Positions 12,096-21,891 of a stretch of DNA of 64,000 nucleotides are shown piece after piece. The stretch is taken from NCBI GenBank assembly GCA_040506705.1, contig JBEVWG010000066.1, positions 2,982-66,981 of the forward strand, given 5' to 3'. The number at the start of each line of letters is the position of its first letter. Position 1 is the stretch's first letter. The translations under genes were made by a program, and so were the position numbers. The notes beneath the pieces were generated by a model. That model saw only the letters and a program-made list of their open reading frames with translations. It was not told the origin of the DNA and made no database searches. This DNA comes from Candidatus Thiodiazotropha sp. 6PLUC1. GTDB taxonomy: Bacteria; Pseudomonadota; Gammaproteobacteria; Chromatiales; Chromatiaceae.

Positions 12096-13070
12096 ATGAC
12101 CACGCAACCAAAACCGACCATTGCCGACATTTCAGATCCGATCGGGGAAGCGCTGCATCTTCTCAAGTTGAATGGAACCTACTACTGCCGCTCTGAACTT
12201 CAGGCGCCATGGGGTATTGAGTTACCACCATTTGAGGGTCACATGATGTTTCATGTTGTGACCAGAGGTGAATGCTGGCTTGAGGTCTCAGGTGAGGAGC
12301 CCCACCTGCTTAAACAGGGTAGTCTGGCATTGGTACCTCACGGTTCAGGCCACACAGTTCGCAGCCAGCTGAATGGTGAGACACAACCACTATTTGATAT
12401 TCCCGTAGACTCTGTAAGTGAACGCTATGAAATTATGCGTCACGGTGGCGATGGTGAACTCACCCAATTAACCTGCGGCCTGGTTCGTTTTGATCATGTC
12501 GCTGGACAACAGATTGTTACCCTGCTTCCTCAGGTACTACAGATTGATACCTGGAAGGAGGAGGAAGGCAGTTGGATACAGAGCACCCTTGAATTGATTA
12601 CCCGTGAAGCCAGAGAGCTGCGTCCTGGTGGCGAGACGGTAATAACCCGCCTGGCAGATGTTCTCGTTATCCAGGCAATCCGTTCCTGGCTCTCCTCATT
12701 GGATGAACCAGACCAGAACTGGCTATCCGCACTTCGCGACAAGCATATTGGTAGAGCACTTGCTGCCATTCATCGTTACCCTGAACAAGAGTGGACCCTT
12801 GCTGCCTTGGCTACTGAGGCAAGAATGTCCCGTTCCGGCTTCTCGGCAAGGTTTACAGAGCTTGTTGGCTATACAGCAATGCACTATGTGACGCGTTGGC
12901 GCATGCTGATCGCCCGCTCACAGCTCGCCGAGTCATCTGAACCGCTTGTGAGATTCGCTGAACGCTGTGGTTATCGATCAGAAGCCGCTTTTTGCAGAGC
13001 CTTCAAACGGGAATTCGGTGTTTCACCCGGCAGTGTTCGACAAAAAAATCACCTGACCAATTACTATTAA
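12096..13070 (+). CDS. AraC-family transcriptional regulator (cupin sensor plus HTH)
   Basis: C-terminal double helix-turn-helix region (MSRSGFSARF...GYRSEAAFCRAFKREFG). The N-terminal region looks cupin-like. Confidence 0.88.
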   Translation: MTTQPKPTIADISDPIGEALHLLKLNGTYYCRSELQAPWGIELPPFEGHMMFHVVTRGECWLEVSGEEPHLLKQGSLALVPHGSGHTVRSQLNGETQPLFDIPVDSVSERYEIMRHGGDGELTQLTCGLVRFDHVAGQQIVTLLPQVLQIDTWKEEEGSWIQSTLELITREARELRPGGETVITRLADVLVIQAIRSWLSSLDEPDQNWLSALRDKHIGRALAAIHRYPEQEWTLAALATEARMSRSGFSARFTELVGYTAMHYVTRWRMLIARSQLAESSEPLVRFAERCGYRSEAAFCRAFKREFGVSPGSVRQKNHLTNYY

Positions 13071-13114
13071 CCCGGCGACTAAGTATGTCGTCTTCAGGGT
13101 TAATAATCATTGAG

Positions 13115-14068
13115 TCAGTGCAAATCCATTAGCACCCGAATATGCGCTTCCACACTTCGTGCAAGCGCATGAGGTTCATAGCCGCCTTCCAAGACTGAAA
13201 CAACCCTGCCCTCTGCATACTTATCGGCAATATCCACTATCTGCTCAGTAACCCAACGATAGTCGGCTTCGGTCAGACTTACACCTGACATCTCATCCTC
13301 AATATGGGCATCAAAACCGGCAGAGACAAAGATCATTTGCGGTTGGAAGTGATTCAGAGCTGGAAGCCAGTGAGCAGTCACTGCCTCTTTGAAATCCGCA
13401 CTTTTCGCAGTTGCCTGCAAAGGTGCGCAAATAATATGATCCGGACTCTCCTCAATATCAGTGTAGGGATAAAAGGGATGTTGAAAAGTAGAACAGACAA
13501 TCACCCGTTTATCGTCGCGAAAAATATCTTCACTGCCATTCCCATGATGTACGTCGAAATCAAGAATCGCCACACGTTCCAGTCCATATTCCGCCATCGC
13601 ATGTGCAGCACCAACAGAAGCGTTGCCGTAGACACAGAAGCCCATTGTTCTCATACGCTCTGCATGATGGCCGGGGGGACGTACGGCACAAAATGCATTC
13701 CGTAATCCCTCCTGCATAATAAGATCCACTGCTTTTATCGCAGCCCCGGCAGCACGCCTGGCAGCTTTTAAACTTTGTGGACTGACCACTGTGTCCGGAT
13801 CCAGGTGTGCATGACCACTCTCAGGCATCAATTTTTCAACCTGATTCAAATAGGCTTCATCGTGACAACGTAACAGTTGCTCACGGGATACTTCAGGCGC
13901 ATCGTAGTGGCGCAGAAAATCGTACAGCTGGGCTGCCATTAAACGATCATCAATTGCTTGCAGTCTTGATGCATTTTCAGGATGCCCCACACCAGTATCA
14001 TGCCCCAGGCAGTCTGGGTGGGTAATATAGGCCGTTCTCACAAAAAAACTCCCAATTTTCAGCTGCAT
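13115..14068 (-). CDS. Histone deacetylase-family Zn-dependent deacetylase (HDAC copy 1)
   Basis: HDAC signatures RPPGHHA, DFDVHHGNG and EGGYE. 317 aa. Confidence 0.9.
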   Translation of the reverse strand: MQLKIGSFFVRTAYITHPDCLGHDTGVGHPENASRLQAIDDRLMAAQLYDFLRHYDAPEVSREQLLRCHDEAYLNQVEKLMPESGHAHLDPDTVVSPQSLKAARRAAGAAIKAVDLIMQEGLRNAFCAVRPPGHHAERMRTMGFCVYGNASVGAAHAMAEYGLERVAILDFDVHHGNGSEDIFRDDKRVIVCSTFQHPFYPYTDIEESPDHIICAPLQATAKSADFKEAVTAHWLPALNHFQPQMIFVSAGFDAHIEDEMSGVSLTEADYRWVTEQIVDIADKYAEGRVVSVLEGGYEPHALARSVEAHIRVLMDLH

Positions 14069-14275
14069 TCATTAAGCAGCATAATACTTATTATGAATCT
14101 TCAGAAACGGTTACTTAGGTAAAGAATTTGTAATTTTTTAGATGTAAACTTCCAACCACACATGCCGATAAACTAAGTGCTCATCGACGTCACCATGTAA
14201 ACGTTTTCATTCAGACTATCACACCGTGCTTCCGTGAGTATAAGCGGATATTCTCTCTCACTATTATCACCAGTA

Positions 14276-14304
14276 TGGTGTAACGTATAAATAGTACACC
14301 ACAC
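14276..14304 (+). promoter_or_regulatory. Palindromic candidate operator overlapping a putative pat promoter
   Basis: TGGTGTA-N12-TACACCA(CAC). The spacer contains TATAAA. A TTATCA hexamer lies 16 nt upstream of that box. The site ends 26 nt before the pat ATG. Confidence 0.4.
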
Positions 14305-14329
14305 TAGAAGTTCATACAGGCTGGAACTC

Positions 14330-17011
14330 ATGCAATCACACTATTTAACCCCTCTATTCTCACCTAAAAGCGTCGCTATGTTCGGCGCCAGCGAAAGGGA
14401 AAACTCGGTTGGTGAAGTGGTTTTTAGAAACCTCATCTCCTCCGGATACAAAGGCGCAATCTACCCGATCAATCCAAAGCATGAGGAGATTCAGGGAATA
14501 AAGGCTTATAAATCGATTCAAGAGATCGATGAATCGGTTGAATTGGTTGTCGTTGCGACACCGGCAAAAACCATCCCAGCCATAGTTGAAGCCTGTGGAT
14601 TACACGGCGTAAAAACCATGATTATCCTCTCCGCCGGTTTCCGTGAATCGGGCCCAGCCGGACTTCGAATAGAAGAGCGTGTGGTCGAGGTTGCCAAAGA
14701 GTTCGGTATTCGCTTCATCGGCCCAAACTGTCTTGGTCTTATTCGGCCTGACCAGGGTATCAACATCACCTTCGGCAACAACAACGCCAAGCCCGGTAAC
14801 CTGGCGCTGGTCTCACAATCAGGCGCAATCTGTACCGCTATTCTTGACTGGGCAGAGGTTAACGATATCGGTTTCTCGACAGTCATCTCCACCGGTATCT
14901 CAGCTGATTTGGATTTTGGTGATTATCTCGATTATCTGGTCTCCGATCCTAAGACTGACAGTATCCTGCTCTATATAGAAGGGATTAAAAATGCCCGTCG
15001 CTTTATGAGTGGTCTACGTGCAGCTGCGCGCATCAAGCCTGTAATTGTTCTCAAGGTTGGGCGTCACGCAGCAGGGGCAGAAGCGTCAATGTCCCATACC
15101 GGCGCACTGGTCGGTAGTGATGAAACATTTTCTGCCGCCCTCTCCCGTTCGGGTGTTTTAAGAGTCGAGACAATCTCCCAGCTCTTCTCAGCAGCGAAGG
15201 CCCTATCCTCCCGCTACCAGGTATATGGTGACAAGCTGGCGATCATTACCAACGGTGGTGGCCCAGGTGTTATGGCTGCCGACCGAGCCTCAGATCTGAA
15301 TATTGAACTTGCTAAATTCAGTGATGAGACAATTACAGCCCTGAATCAGGCCCTTCCGGATGTCTGGTCACACAGCAATCCAGTGGACATCATTGGTGAA
15401 GCCCCACCTGAACGATATCGCGCTGCTGTGGATATCTGCCTCAATGACCCTGGCGTCGACGGCACCATTGTCATTCTCACCCCACAGGCAATGACAAAAC
15501 CGGATGAGGTTGCCCAGGAGCTTATCGAGCTGGCAGACAAACATAAAAAACCTATCCTCACCAGTTGGATGGGTGGCAAGCAGGTCGAGAATGCACGCAA
15601 ACTGTTTAATAATGCCAGGCTGCCTTCATTTCGTACCCTTGAAAATGCAGTTGATGCCTTCTATTACCTATCATCCCATCAGAAGAATCAGCGCTTATTG
15701 TTACAGACACCAGCCAAGAGTTCCCGTCGTCATGTGCAACCTGATGCAGACGGTGCCCGTCTGATTATTGAGAGCGCATTATCAGAACAGCGTAAAGTGC
15801 TATCTGAGCCTGAATCATTCGCAATCCTCGGCGCTTTCCGTATCAATGCTGTACGCAATGGTGTAGCGAGATCTGCCAATGAAGCGCTGATTCTTGCTGA
15901 ATCCATCGGCTTTCCGATAGCGATGAAAATATTCTCACCAGATATCTCGCACAAATCTGATGCTGGAGGCATCCGCTTGAATATCAATAATGCCCAGGCA
16001 GTGCGCACCAACTACCGGGACTTGGTCGAGCAGGTCAAAGAGACCCGCCCTGACGCCACCATTCAAGGTGTGACCGTAGAGCAGATGTATCAAAGCCCGA
16101 ATGGTCGCGAGTTACTGATCGGCATCGTGCGGGATCCAGTATTTGGCCCCGTAGTCAGCTTTGGCAGTGGTGGTACCACTGTGGAAGTAATGGGAGACTC
16201 TGCCATTGCGCTTCCTCCATTGAACCGTCGCCTGGCCAGTGATCTGATCGATCGTACCAAGGCCGCCAAGATGTTGGATCAGTTCAGGCACATGCCCGCT
16301 GCCAACCGTGAGGCACTGGTTGATGTGCTGCTTCGTGTTTCGAGTATGGCGTGTGAGTTACCCTGGATTCAGGAGATGGACATCAATCCATTGATTCTCG
16401 ATGATCAGGGAGCAGTCGCAGTCGATGCCCGTATCCGGGTCGATTATCCCCGCCCATCCACCGACCCCTACCATCACCTGGCTATCCACCCATATCCGGT
16501 GAATCTTGTGACTCACGGCCAACTTCCTAACGGCATCAATATTGTTGTACGCCCGATTCGACCTGAAGATGCCGATCTGGAACAGAACTTCACGAGACAA
16601 CTCTCAAACGAGGCAAAATATTTCCGCTTCATGAGCTCGATCCAGGAGTTGACCCCGGAAATGCTCACACGTTTCACACAAATCGATTATCACAATGAGA
16701 TGGCACTTATTGCCGTGACAGAAGATGAGCACCATGAAGTCGAGCTGGGTGTCGCCCGATATGTAATCAATCCGGACAAACGGAGTTGTGAGTTTGCCTT
16801 GGTTGTTGCGGATAAGTGGCAAGGCCAGGGCATTGGCCATAAATTGATGAATCACCTAATGGAGATAGCCAGAGACAGAGGACTGGTGAGGATGGAGGGT
16901 GAGGTATTGAGCAATAACTTTAAGATGCTTGATCTGATGAGGTCACTCTACTTCCAGGTCTTACCCTATCCAGAAGATAACAGCATAAAACAGGTCATTG
17001 TTGAGTTGTAG
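14330..17011 (+). CDS. pat: Pat/PatZ-type protein lysine acetyltransferase (ADP-forming acyl-CoA synthetase-like domains plus C-terminal GNAT)
   Basis: 893 aa with an N-terminal CoA-binding and ligase-like region and a central ATP-grasp-like region. The C-terminal GNAT core is VVADKWQGQGIGHKLM. Confidence 0.9.
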   Translation: MQSHYLTPLFSPKSVAMFGASERENSVGEVVFRNLISSGYKGAIYPINPKHEEIQGIKAYKSIQEIDESVELVVVATPAKTIPAIVEACGLHGVKTMIILSAGFRESGPAGLRIEERVVEVAKEFGIRFIGPNCLGLIRPDQGINITFGNNNAKPGNLALVSQSGAICTAILDWAEVNDIGFSTVISTGISADLDFGDYLDYLVSDPKTDSILLYIEGIKNARRFMSGLRAAARIKPVIVLKVGRHAAGAEASMSHTGALVGSDETFSAALSRSGVLRVETISQLFSAAKALSSRYQVYGDKLAIITNGGGPGVMAADRASDLNIELAKFSDETITALNQALPDVWSHSNPVDIIGEAPPERYRAAVDICLNDPGVDGTIVILTPQAMTKPDEVAQELIELADKHKKPILTSWMGGKQVENARKLFNNARLPSFRTLENAVDAFYYLSSHQKNQRLLLQTPAKSSRRHVQPDADGARLIIESALSEQRKVLSEPESFAILGAFRINAVRNGVARSANEALILAESIGFPIAMKIFSPDISHKSDAGGIRLNINNAQAVRTNYRDLVEQVKETRPDATIQGVTVEQMYQSPNGRELLIGIVRDPVFGPVVSFGSGGTTVEVMGDSAIALPPLNRRLASDLIDRTKAAKMLDQFRHMPAANREALVDVLLRVSSMACELPWIQEMDINPLILDDQGAVAVDARIRVDYPRPSTDPYHHLAIHPYPVNLVTHGQLPNGINIVVRPIRPEDADLEQNFTRQLSNEAKYFRFMSSIQELTPEMLTRFTQIDYHNEMALIAVTEDEHHEVELGVARYVINPDKRSCEFALVVADKWQGQGIGHKLMNHLMEIARDRGLVRMEGEVLSNNFKMLDLMRSLYFQVLPYPEDNSIKQVIVEL

Positions 17012-17055
17012 TGGGAGAAGCTCCCAACAACTCATGAAAGATTGGAAAAAAACCA

Positions 17056-17080
17056 GCGTATGTCGTGTCTCGACATACGC
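17056..17080 (+). other. Perfect 10-bp stem hairpin downstream of pat
   Basis: GCGTATGTCG-tgtct-CGACATACGC. No T-run follows it, so its function is unclear. Confidence 0.5.
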
Positions 17081-17126
17081 ATCTCTGGAAAAATACCGAT
17101 CCTATTGACCCACCCCTCCAAAAAAG

Positions 17127-17155
17127 AAAAACCCCGGCAATATGCCAGGGTTTTT
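17127..17155. terminator. Bidirectional Rho-independent terminator (pat / rplS)
   Basis: AAAACCCCGGCA-ata-TGCCAGGGTTTT, with one C/A mismatch in the stem. A/T runs flank it on both sides, and it sits between convergent genes. Confidence 0.7.
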
Positions 17156-17218
17156 CATATTCATATCCACCCTGCTTGATAACAGGCCGGAAATCTAAAT
17201 TCGCAATCGTGCGAAGTG

Positions 17219-17563
17219 TTAGATTTTCTCTTTGATACGAGCCGCTTTACCGGTACGACCGCGCAGGTAGTAGAGTTTGGCACGACGAACATCACCGCGA
17301 CGAGTCACTTTGACTGAAGCGACAGTCGGGCTGTAGGTTTGAAATACACGTTCCACACCTTCGCCATGAGAAATCTTGCGTACGGTAAAGGCTGAATTAA
17401 GGCCGCGATTGCGCTTGGCAATTACGATACCTTCAAATGCCTGTAAACGCTCACGCTCACCCTCTCTGACCCTAACCTGAACAACAACGGTATCACCTGG
17501 GCCAAAATCGGGAACTTCACGACTCATCTGCTCGGCGTCGAGTTCTGCGATGATATTGCTCAT
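17219..17563 (-). CDS. rplS: 50S ribosomal protein L19
   Basis: 114 aa with conserved L19 sequence. Last gene of rpsP-rimM-trmD-rplS. Confidence 0.98.
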   Translation of the reverse strand: MSNIIAELDAEQMSREVPDFGPGDTVVVQVRVREGERERLQAFEGIVIAKRNRGLNSAFTVRKISHGEGVERVFQTYSPTVASVKVTRRGDVRRAKLYYLRGRTGKAARIKEKI

Positions 17564-17566
17564 GGT

Positions 17567-18328
17567 CTATTGCTCCTCTGTTTGCTTTGCGTCTCCCGAC
17601 GCTGCGCTAATTTCTGCTAAAAAAGTTTTCTCTTCCGCCGTTAACTGGCGATCTTTCAACAGCTCAGGACGACGTATTTGGGTACGCCCCAAAGCCTGTT
17701 GCAATCGCCAACGACGAATGGCTTCATGGTTACCGCTCTGTAGAACAGGCGGAACCGGCATCGAATCAATCTCCTCAGGACGGGTATAGTGGGGACAATC
17801 CAACAACCCATCCATGAAAGAGTCTTGTTCAGCGGAATCCGCATCACCCAGGACATTGGGTAAAAGACGTATCACCGCATCTAAAACAACCATAGCGGCC
17901 AATTCACCGCCACTCAGTACGTAGTCACCAATGGACCACTCTTCATCGACATAACGCTCGATGATGCGTTCATCTATCCCTTCGTAGCGGCCAGCTATCA
18001 AAAGTTGAGGCTTTCGATGCTCAACCAGTCGCTTGGCACACTGCTGATCGAAACGCTTACCCTGTGGGCTCATATAGACCACATTGGCATCGCCCGATTC
18101 AGCCAGGGCAGCTTCGATGGCATGCTGTATCGGTTGATACTTCATCACCATGCCTGGCCCACCGCCATAGGGACGATCATCCACAGTCCGATGTACGTCT
18201 GTGGTGTAGTCCCGGGGGTTCCAGAGTTCAACCTGAGCAATGCCCCGATTGATCGCCCTGGCTACCACACCCTCGCCCTTGAGGGCATCGAACATACCAG
18301 GCATCAGGGTTACCACATCAAAGCGCAT
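17567..18328 (-). CDS. trmD: tRNA (guanine37-N1)-methyltransferase
   Basis: TrmD sequence. I chose the ATG at 18328 ([13 protein letters not shown]), 4 nt after the rimM stop. The tracked ORF starts 9 codons earlier. Confidence 0.94.
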   Translation of the reverse strand: MRFDVVTLMPGMFDALKGEGVVARAINRGIAQVELWNPRDYTTDVHRTVDDRPYGGGPGMVMKYQPIQHAIEAALAESGDANVVYMSPQGKRFDQQCAKRLVEHRKPQLLIAGRYEGIDERIIERYVDEEWSIGDYVLSGGELAAMVVLDAVIRLLPNVLGDADSAEQDSFMDGLLDCPHYTRPEEIDSMPVPPVLQSGNHEAIRRWRLQQALGRTQIRRPELLKDRQLTAEEKTFLAEISAASGDAKQTEEQ

Positions 18329-18332
18329 AGCT

Positions 18333-18839
18333 TTAAAAATCCGGGTCCCAGTCAACTGTCATCCGTCCGGCTTGCAGATCTATTTCCTGTACCGCCTGTC
18401 CAACGGTATAGGGAATCAGCCTTTCGCGATCACCCTTGACCACCAACACATCGTTTGCCCCTGTCTCAAACAGATGGGAGACCCTGCCCAGCTCAACCCC
18501 ATCCAGGGTATAGACAAGCAAACCAACGAGGTCGGTCCAGTAATATTCACCTGCAGGCAGTGCAGGCAATTGCGTTCTACGTATCGCGATCTCACTTTCG
18601 ACCAGCTCAACGGAACGGTCCCGATCGTCATAACCTTCGATCTGGGCGACTATCCCTTTACCTTGGGGATGTCCTGCGGCAACCTTGAACTCTTGCCACT
18701 CACCCTGGCGTTTAAGGTACCAGACCTTATAGCCGAGTATGCCCTCTTTCGGTGAAGTGAAGGAGTAGATCTTTACCCATCCCCTTACACCAAACAGGCC
18801 AGAAACCCGGCCCATTATGATCATATCTTTATCTGACAT
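18333..18839 (-). CDS. rimM: 16S rRNA processing protein RimM
   Basis: 168 aa with a RimM N-terminus ([15 protein letters not shown]) and operon context. Confidence 0.94.
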   Translation of the reverse strand: MSDKDMIIMGRVSGLFGVRGWVKIYSFTSPKEGILGYKVWYLKRQGEWQEFKVAAGHPQGKGIVAQIEGYDDRDRSVELVESEIAIRRTQLPALPAGEYYWTDLVGLLVYTLDGVELGRVSHLFETGANDVLVVKGDRERLIPYTVGQAVQEIDLQAGRMTVDWDPDF

Positions 18840-18888
18840 CGTCTCTGCCCTATGAGCTTATAACTCAGGACGAGAACAGCAGATCCTA

Positions 18889-19143
18889 TCAGGCAGCCTG
18901 CTGCTTCGCTGCCTGTTTCAACAGGGTCGCAACTCGATCGCTGGGCTGAGCACCCTTGGAGATCCAGTGTTGTATCCGATCCTGATCAACCCGCAAACCC
19001 TCTTCAGAGCCAACGGCGACGGGATTAAAAAAGCCCAGGCGCTCAATATAGCGGCCGTCACGGGCATTTCGGCTGTCTGTGACCACGATGTGGTAGAACG
19101 GACGCTTTTTAGCGCCGGTTCGAGATAGGCGTATGGTTACCAT
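18889..19143 (-). CDS. rpsP: 30S ribosomal protein S16
   Basis: [18 protein letters not shown]-terminus. 84 aa. Confidence 0.98.
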   Translation of the reverse strand: MVTIRLSRTGAKKRPFYHIVVTDSRNARDGRYIERLGFFNPVAVGSEEGLRVDQDRIQHWISKGAQPSDRVATLLKQAAKQQAA

Positions 19144-19377
19144 GATGTATCCTTGAGAAAATCGTTAACACACCGGAACCTGCCGGCGGGAAACGGCGTA
19201 TTATAGCTAAGATTTAACCAATGTGAAGAGCTAAATTTGCATTAATTTAGGGTTCTGCATCCTGAAATCGGTTTATTTACTGTTTTTTTGCTGGATGGGG
19301 CCTGTCTAACCACTCAGTCAGCCATTAAACAAGCTAGTGTGGTGCGTCATAACAAGTGGGCCGCATCTCAAATAAGT

Positions 19378-20754
19378 TCAGAAGGGGAAACCACCGCCAG
19401 GCATACCACCGCCCGGAAATTTACCTCCAAGCCCTCTCATCATCTTCTTCATTCCGCCGCCTTTCATCTTTTTCATCATCTTCTGCATCTGTGTGAACTG
19501 TTTCAGCAGTTTATTCACATCCTGAACCTGGGTTCCAGAACCAGTGGCAATACGCCTTTTACGTGAACCTTTGATGACTGCCGGAAACGCCCGTTCCTGG
19601 GGGGTCATCGAGTTGATGATAGCGATCAGACGACCAACCTGTTTGTCATCCACTTGATTTTTAACATGATCCGGAATTTGGCCCATGCCGGGCATTTTGT
19701 CGAGCAAGCCACTCATGCCACCCATTTTCGACATCTGCTGCATCTGCTCTCTGAAATCATCCAGATCGAAGCCTTTACCCTTCTGCAGTTTTTTCGCCAG
19801 CTTGGCAGCTTTGTCCTGATCAACTTTGCGGCTGACCTCCTCCACCAGCGTCAGCACATCTCCCATACCGAGTATGCGAGAGGCAATACGATCCGGGTGG
19901 AAGGGTTCCAGTGCATCGATCTTTTCACCCACACCGATGAATTTGATCGGCTTGCCGGTGATCTGGCGTATCGAAAGTGCCGCACCGCCTCGGGCATCAC
20001 CATCCGCTTTGGTCAGGATGACACCGGTCAGTGGCAGAGCTTCATTGAACGCCTTGGCGGTATTCGCTGCATCCTGACCAGTCATGCTATCGACCACGAA
20101 CAGGGTCTCAACTGGACCAAGCGTTTGATGGAGCTGCTTGATCTCCTCCATCATTTCGCCGTCAACATGCAGACGACCAGCCGTATCCACGATCAAAACA
20201 TCCGCAAAATCCCGTTTTGCTCGATCCAGTGCGCGCTTGGCGATCGCAACCGGCTTTTCATCACTCTTGCTGGGGATAAACTGGGCATCGACCTCTTTAG
20301 ATAGGGTCTCCAGCTGATCGATCGCAGCCGGACGATAGACGTCACAACTGACTACACTGATCTTTTTCTTACCCTCCTGTTGCAACCAGCGTGATAATTT
20401 CGCAACACTGGTTGTCTTACCAGAGCCCTGCAGACCTGCCATCAGGATCACTGCCGGCGGCTGAGCGCTCAGATCCAGGGACTCATTGGCTTCCCCCATA
20501 ACCTGAACCAACTCATCATTGACGATTTTGATCAGGGTCTGTCCGGGAGTCAGGCTTTTCATCACCTCTTCACCGGAGGCCTTCTGTTTTACCTGCTCAA
20601 CGAAGTCACGCACCACAGGCAGAGCAACATCGGCCTCAAGCAGGGCCATGCGAACCTCTCGCATCGTATCCTTGATATTGTCATCAGTCAGGCGAGCCTG
20701 ACCTCTCAAATTGGTGAGGACTTTTCCCAGTCTCTGGGTAAGATTGTCAAACAT
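19378..20754 (-). CDS. ffh: Signal recognition particle protein Ffh
   Basis: NG domain with GLQGSGKTT and DTAGR motifs, followed by a Met-rich M domain. Confidence 0.98.
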   Translation of the reverse strand: MFDNLTQRLGKVLTNLRGQARLTDDNIKDTMREVRMALLEADVALPVVRDFVEQVKQKASGEEVMKSLTPGQTLIKIVNDELVQVMGEANESLDLSAQPPAVILMAGLQGSGKTTSVAKLSRWLQQEGKKKISVVSCDVYRPAAIDQLETLSKEVDAQFIPSKSDEKPVAIAKRALDRAKRDFADVLIVDTAGRLHVDGEMMEEIKQLHQTLGPVETLFVVDSMTGQDAANTAKAFNEALPLTGVILTKADGDARGGAALSIRQITGKPIKFIGVGEKIDALEPFHPDRIASRILGMGDVLTLVEEVSRKVDQDKAAKLAKKLQKGKGFDLDDFREQMQQMSKMGGMSGLLDKMPGMGQIPDHVKNQVDDKQVGRLIAIINSMTPQERAFPAVIKGSRKRRIATGSGTQVQDVNKLLKQFTQMQKMMKKMKGGGMKKMMRGLGGKFPGGGMPGGGFPF

Positions 20755-20907
20755 GAATCTCTCAATCAGTTACTTAGTTATCAGCTCTAGGACCTGTTCA
20801 GACCGGTTAATCATTTCAGGTCTGAGTGAGTCGAATCGGTGATTATATACCAGTAGAGCGTTTGTGCTCTCAGGAAATGGCATTCTCCCTTTCACAGAAG
20901 CCGTTAA

Positions 20908-21753
20908 ATGTGCGAATATCCAAGCATAAGCCTATTGTTCTATAAGGATGTTTTGTCTTTGATCGCCACACTTGCCATCATCGCATATCTTGCTGCGGGA
21001 GCTGTCATTGCCCTGCGTCTGTTCAACAGCCGGGAAACCTCTGGTTTACCCCGGGCAATCGCACTGGGTCTGGGATTCCTGGGCGTTCTGCTGCATGCGA
21101 TCCCCCACTATCAAAACTTTGTTGCTGCAGCTGGCTTAAATATGGGCATTTTCAACGCCCTTTCACTGATCGCCTGGACTATCTCACTGTTACTGCTGAT
21201 CTCAAGCCTGACCAAACCGGTGGAAAATCTTGGAATCGTCATCATGCCGATTGCTGCTTTGGCGATCTACCTGGAAAACCGCTATCAGACCGTGCACTTT
21301 ATCAGCGGCCAGCTCTCTTCCGGGCTAACCATCCATATCCTGGTATCCATGCTGGCCTACAGTCTGTTTACCCTGGCCAGTGTACAGGCGGTGTTACTGG
21401 CGATACAGGATCACCACTTGCGTAGACGCCATCCAGGGGGATTTATTCGCGCACTGCCACCGCTACAGACCATGGAGAGTCTGTTATTCGAAATGATCGC
21501 AGTTGGTTTTGTGCTGTTGAGTCTGGCTCTGCTCTCCGGTTTTGCTTTTCTTGAAAACATGTTTCAACAGCACCTGGCACACAAAACAATACTCTCCATC
21601 ATCGCCTGGCTGGTGTTTGGAACCCTACTGTGGGGTCGCTACCGCTTCGGCTGGCGTGGGCAGAAAGCTCTGATCTGGACCTTAAGCGGCTTTGTTGTGC
21701 TGATGCTGGCCTACTTTGGCACTAAAGTGGTTATAGAGTTAATTTTGGGATAA
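20908..21753 (+). CDS. ypjD: Cytochrome c assembly-family inner-membrane protein (YpjD/CcsA-like)
   Basis: Polytopic membrane protein divergent from ffh, as in enterics. The start codon is uncertain. Confidence 0.75.
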   Translation: MCEYPSISLLFYKDVLSLIATLAIIAYLAAGAVIALRLFNSRETSGLPRAIALGLGFLGVLLHAIPHYQNFVAAAGLNMGIFNALSLIAWTISLLLLISSLTKPVENLGIVIMPIAALAIYLENRYQTVHFISGQLSSGLTIHILVSMLAYSLFTLASVQAVLLAIQDHHLRRRHPGGFIRALPPLQTMESLLFEMIAVGFVLLSLALLSGFAFLENMFQQHLAHKTILSIIAWLVFGTLLWGRYRFGWRGQKALIWTLSGFVVLMLAYFGTKVVIELILG

Positions 21754-21891
21754 GCACTGATTCGATCCTTCGCCCGCCAGCTTCAGCTTGGGATTTCATG
21801 TTGCAGCTTATTGAATAGAGTTCGTCAATTTTGTTCGGCAAGAAAATCCAGGGGAATCTATATTTAATGAAATCGATGCGCACGGATTGAT

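Noticed and set aside
19654-20304. A 216-aa ORF antisense to ffh, and similar long shadow ORFs antisense to lon, clpX, tig, parC, trmD/rimM, arsS and others.
   Set aside because: Each lies fully inside a strongly supported conserved gene on the other strand. None has recognisable motifs.
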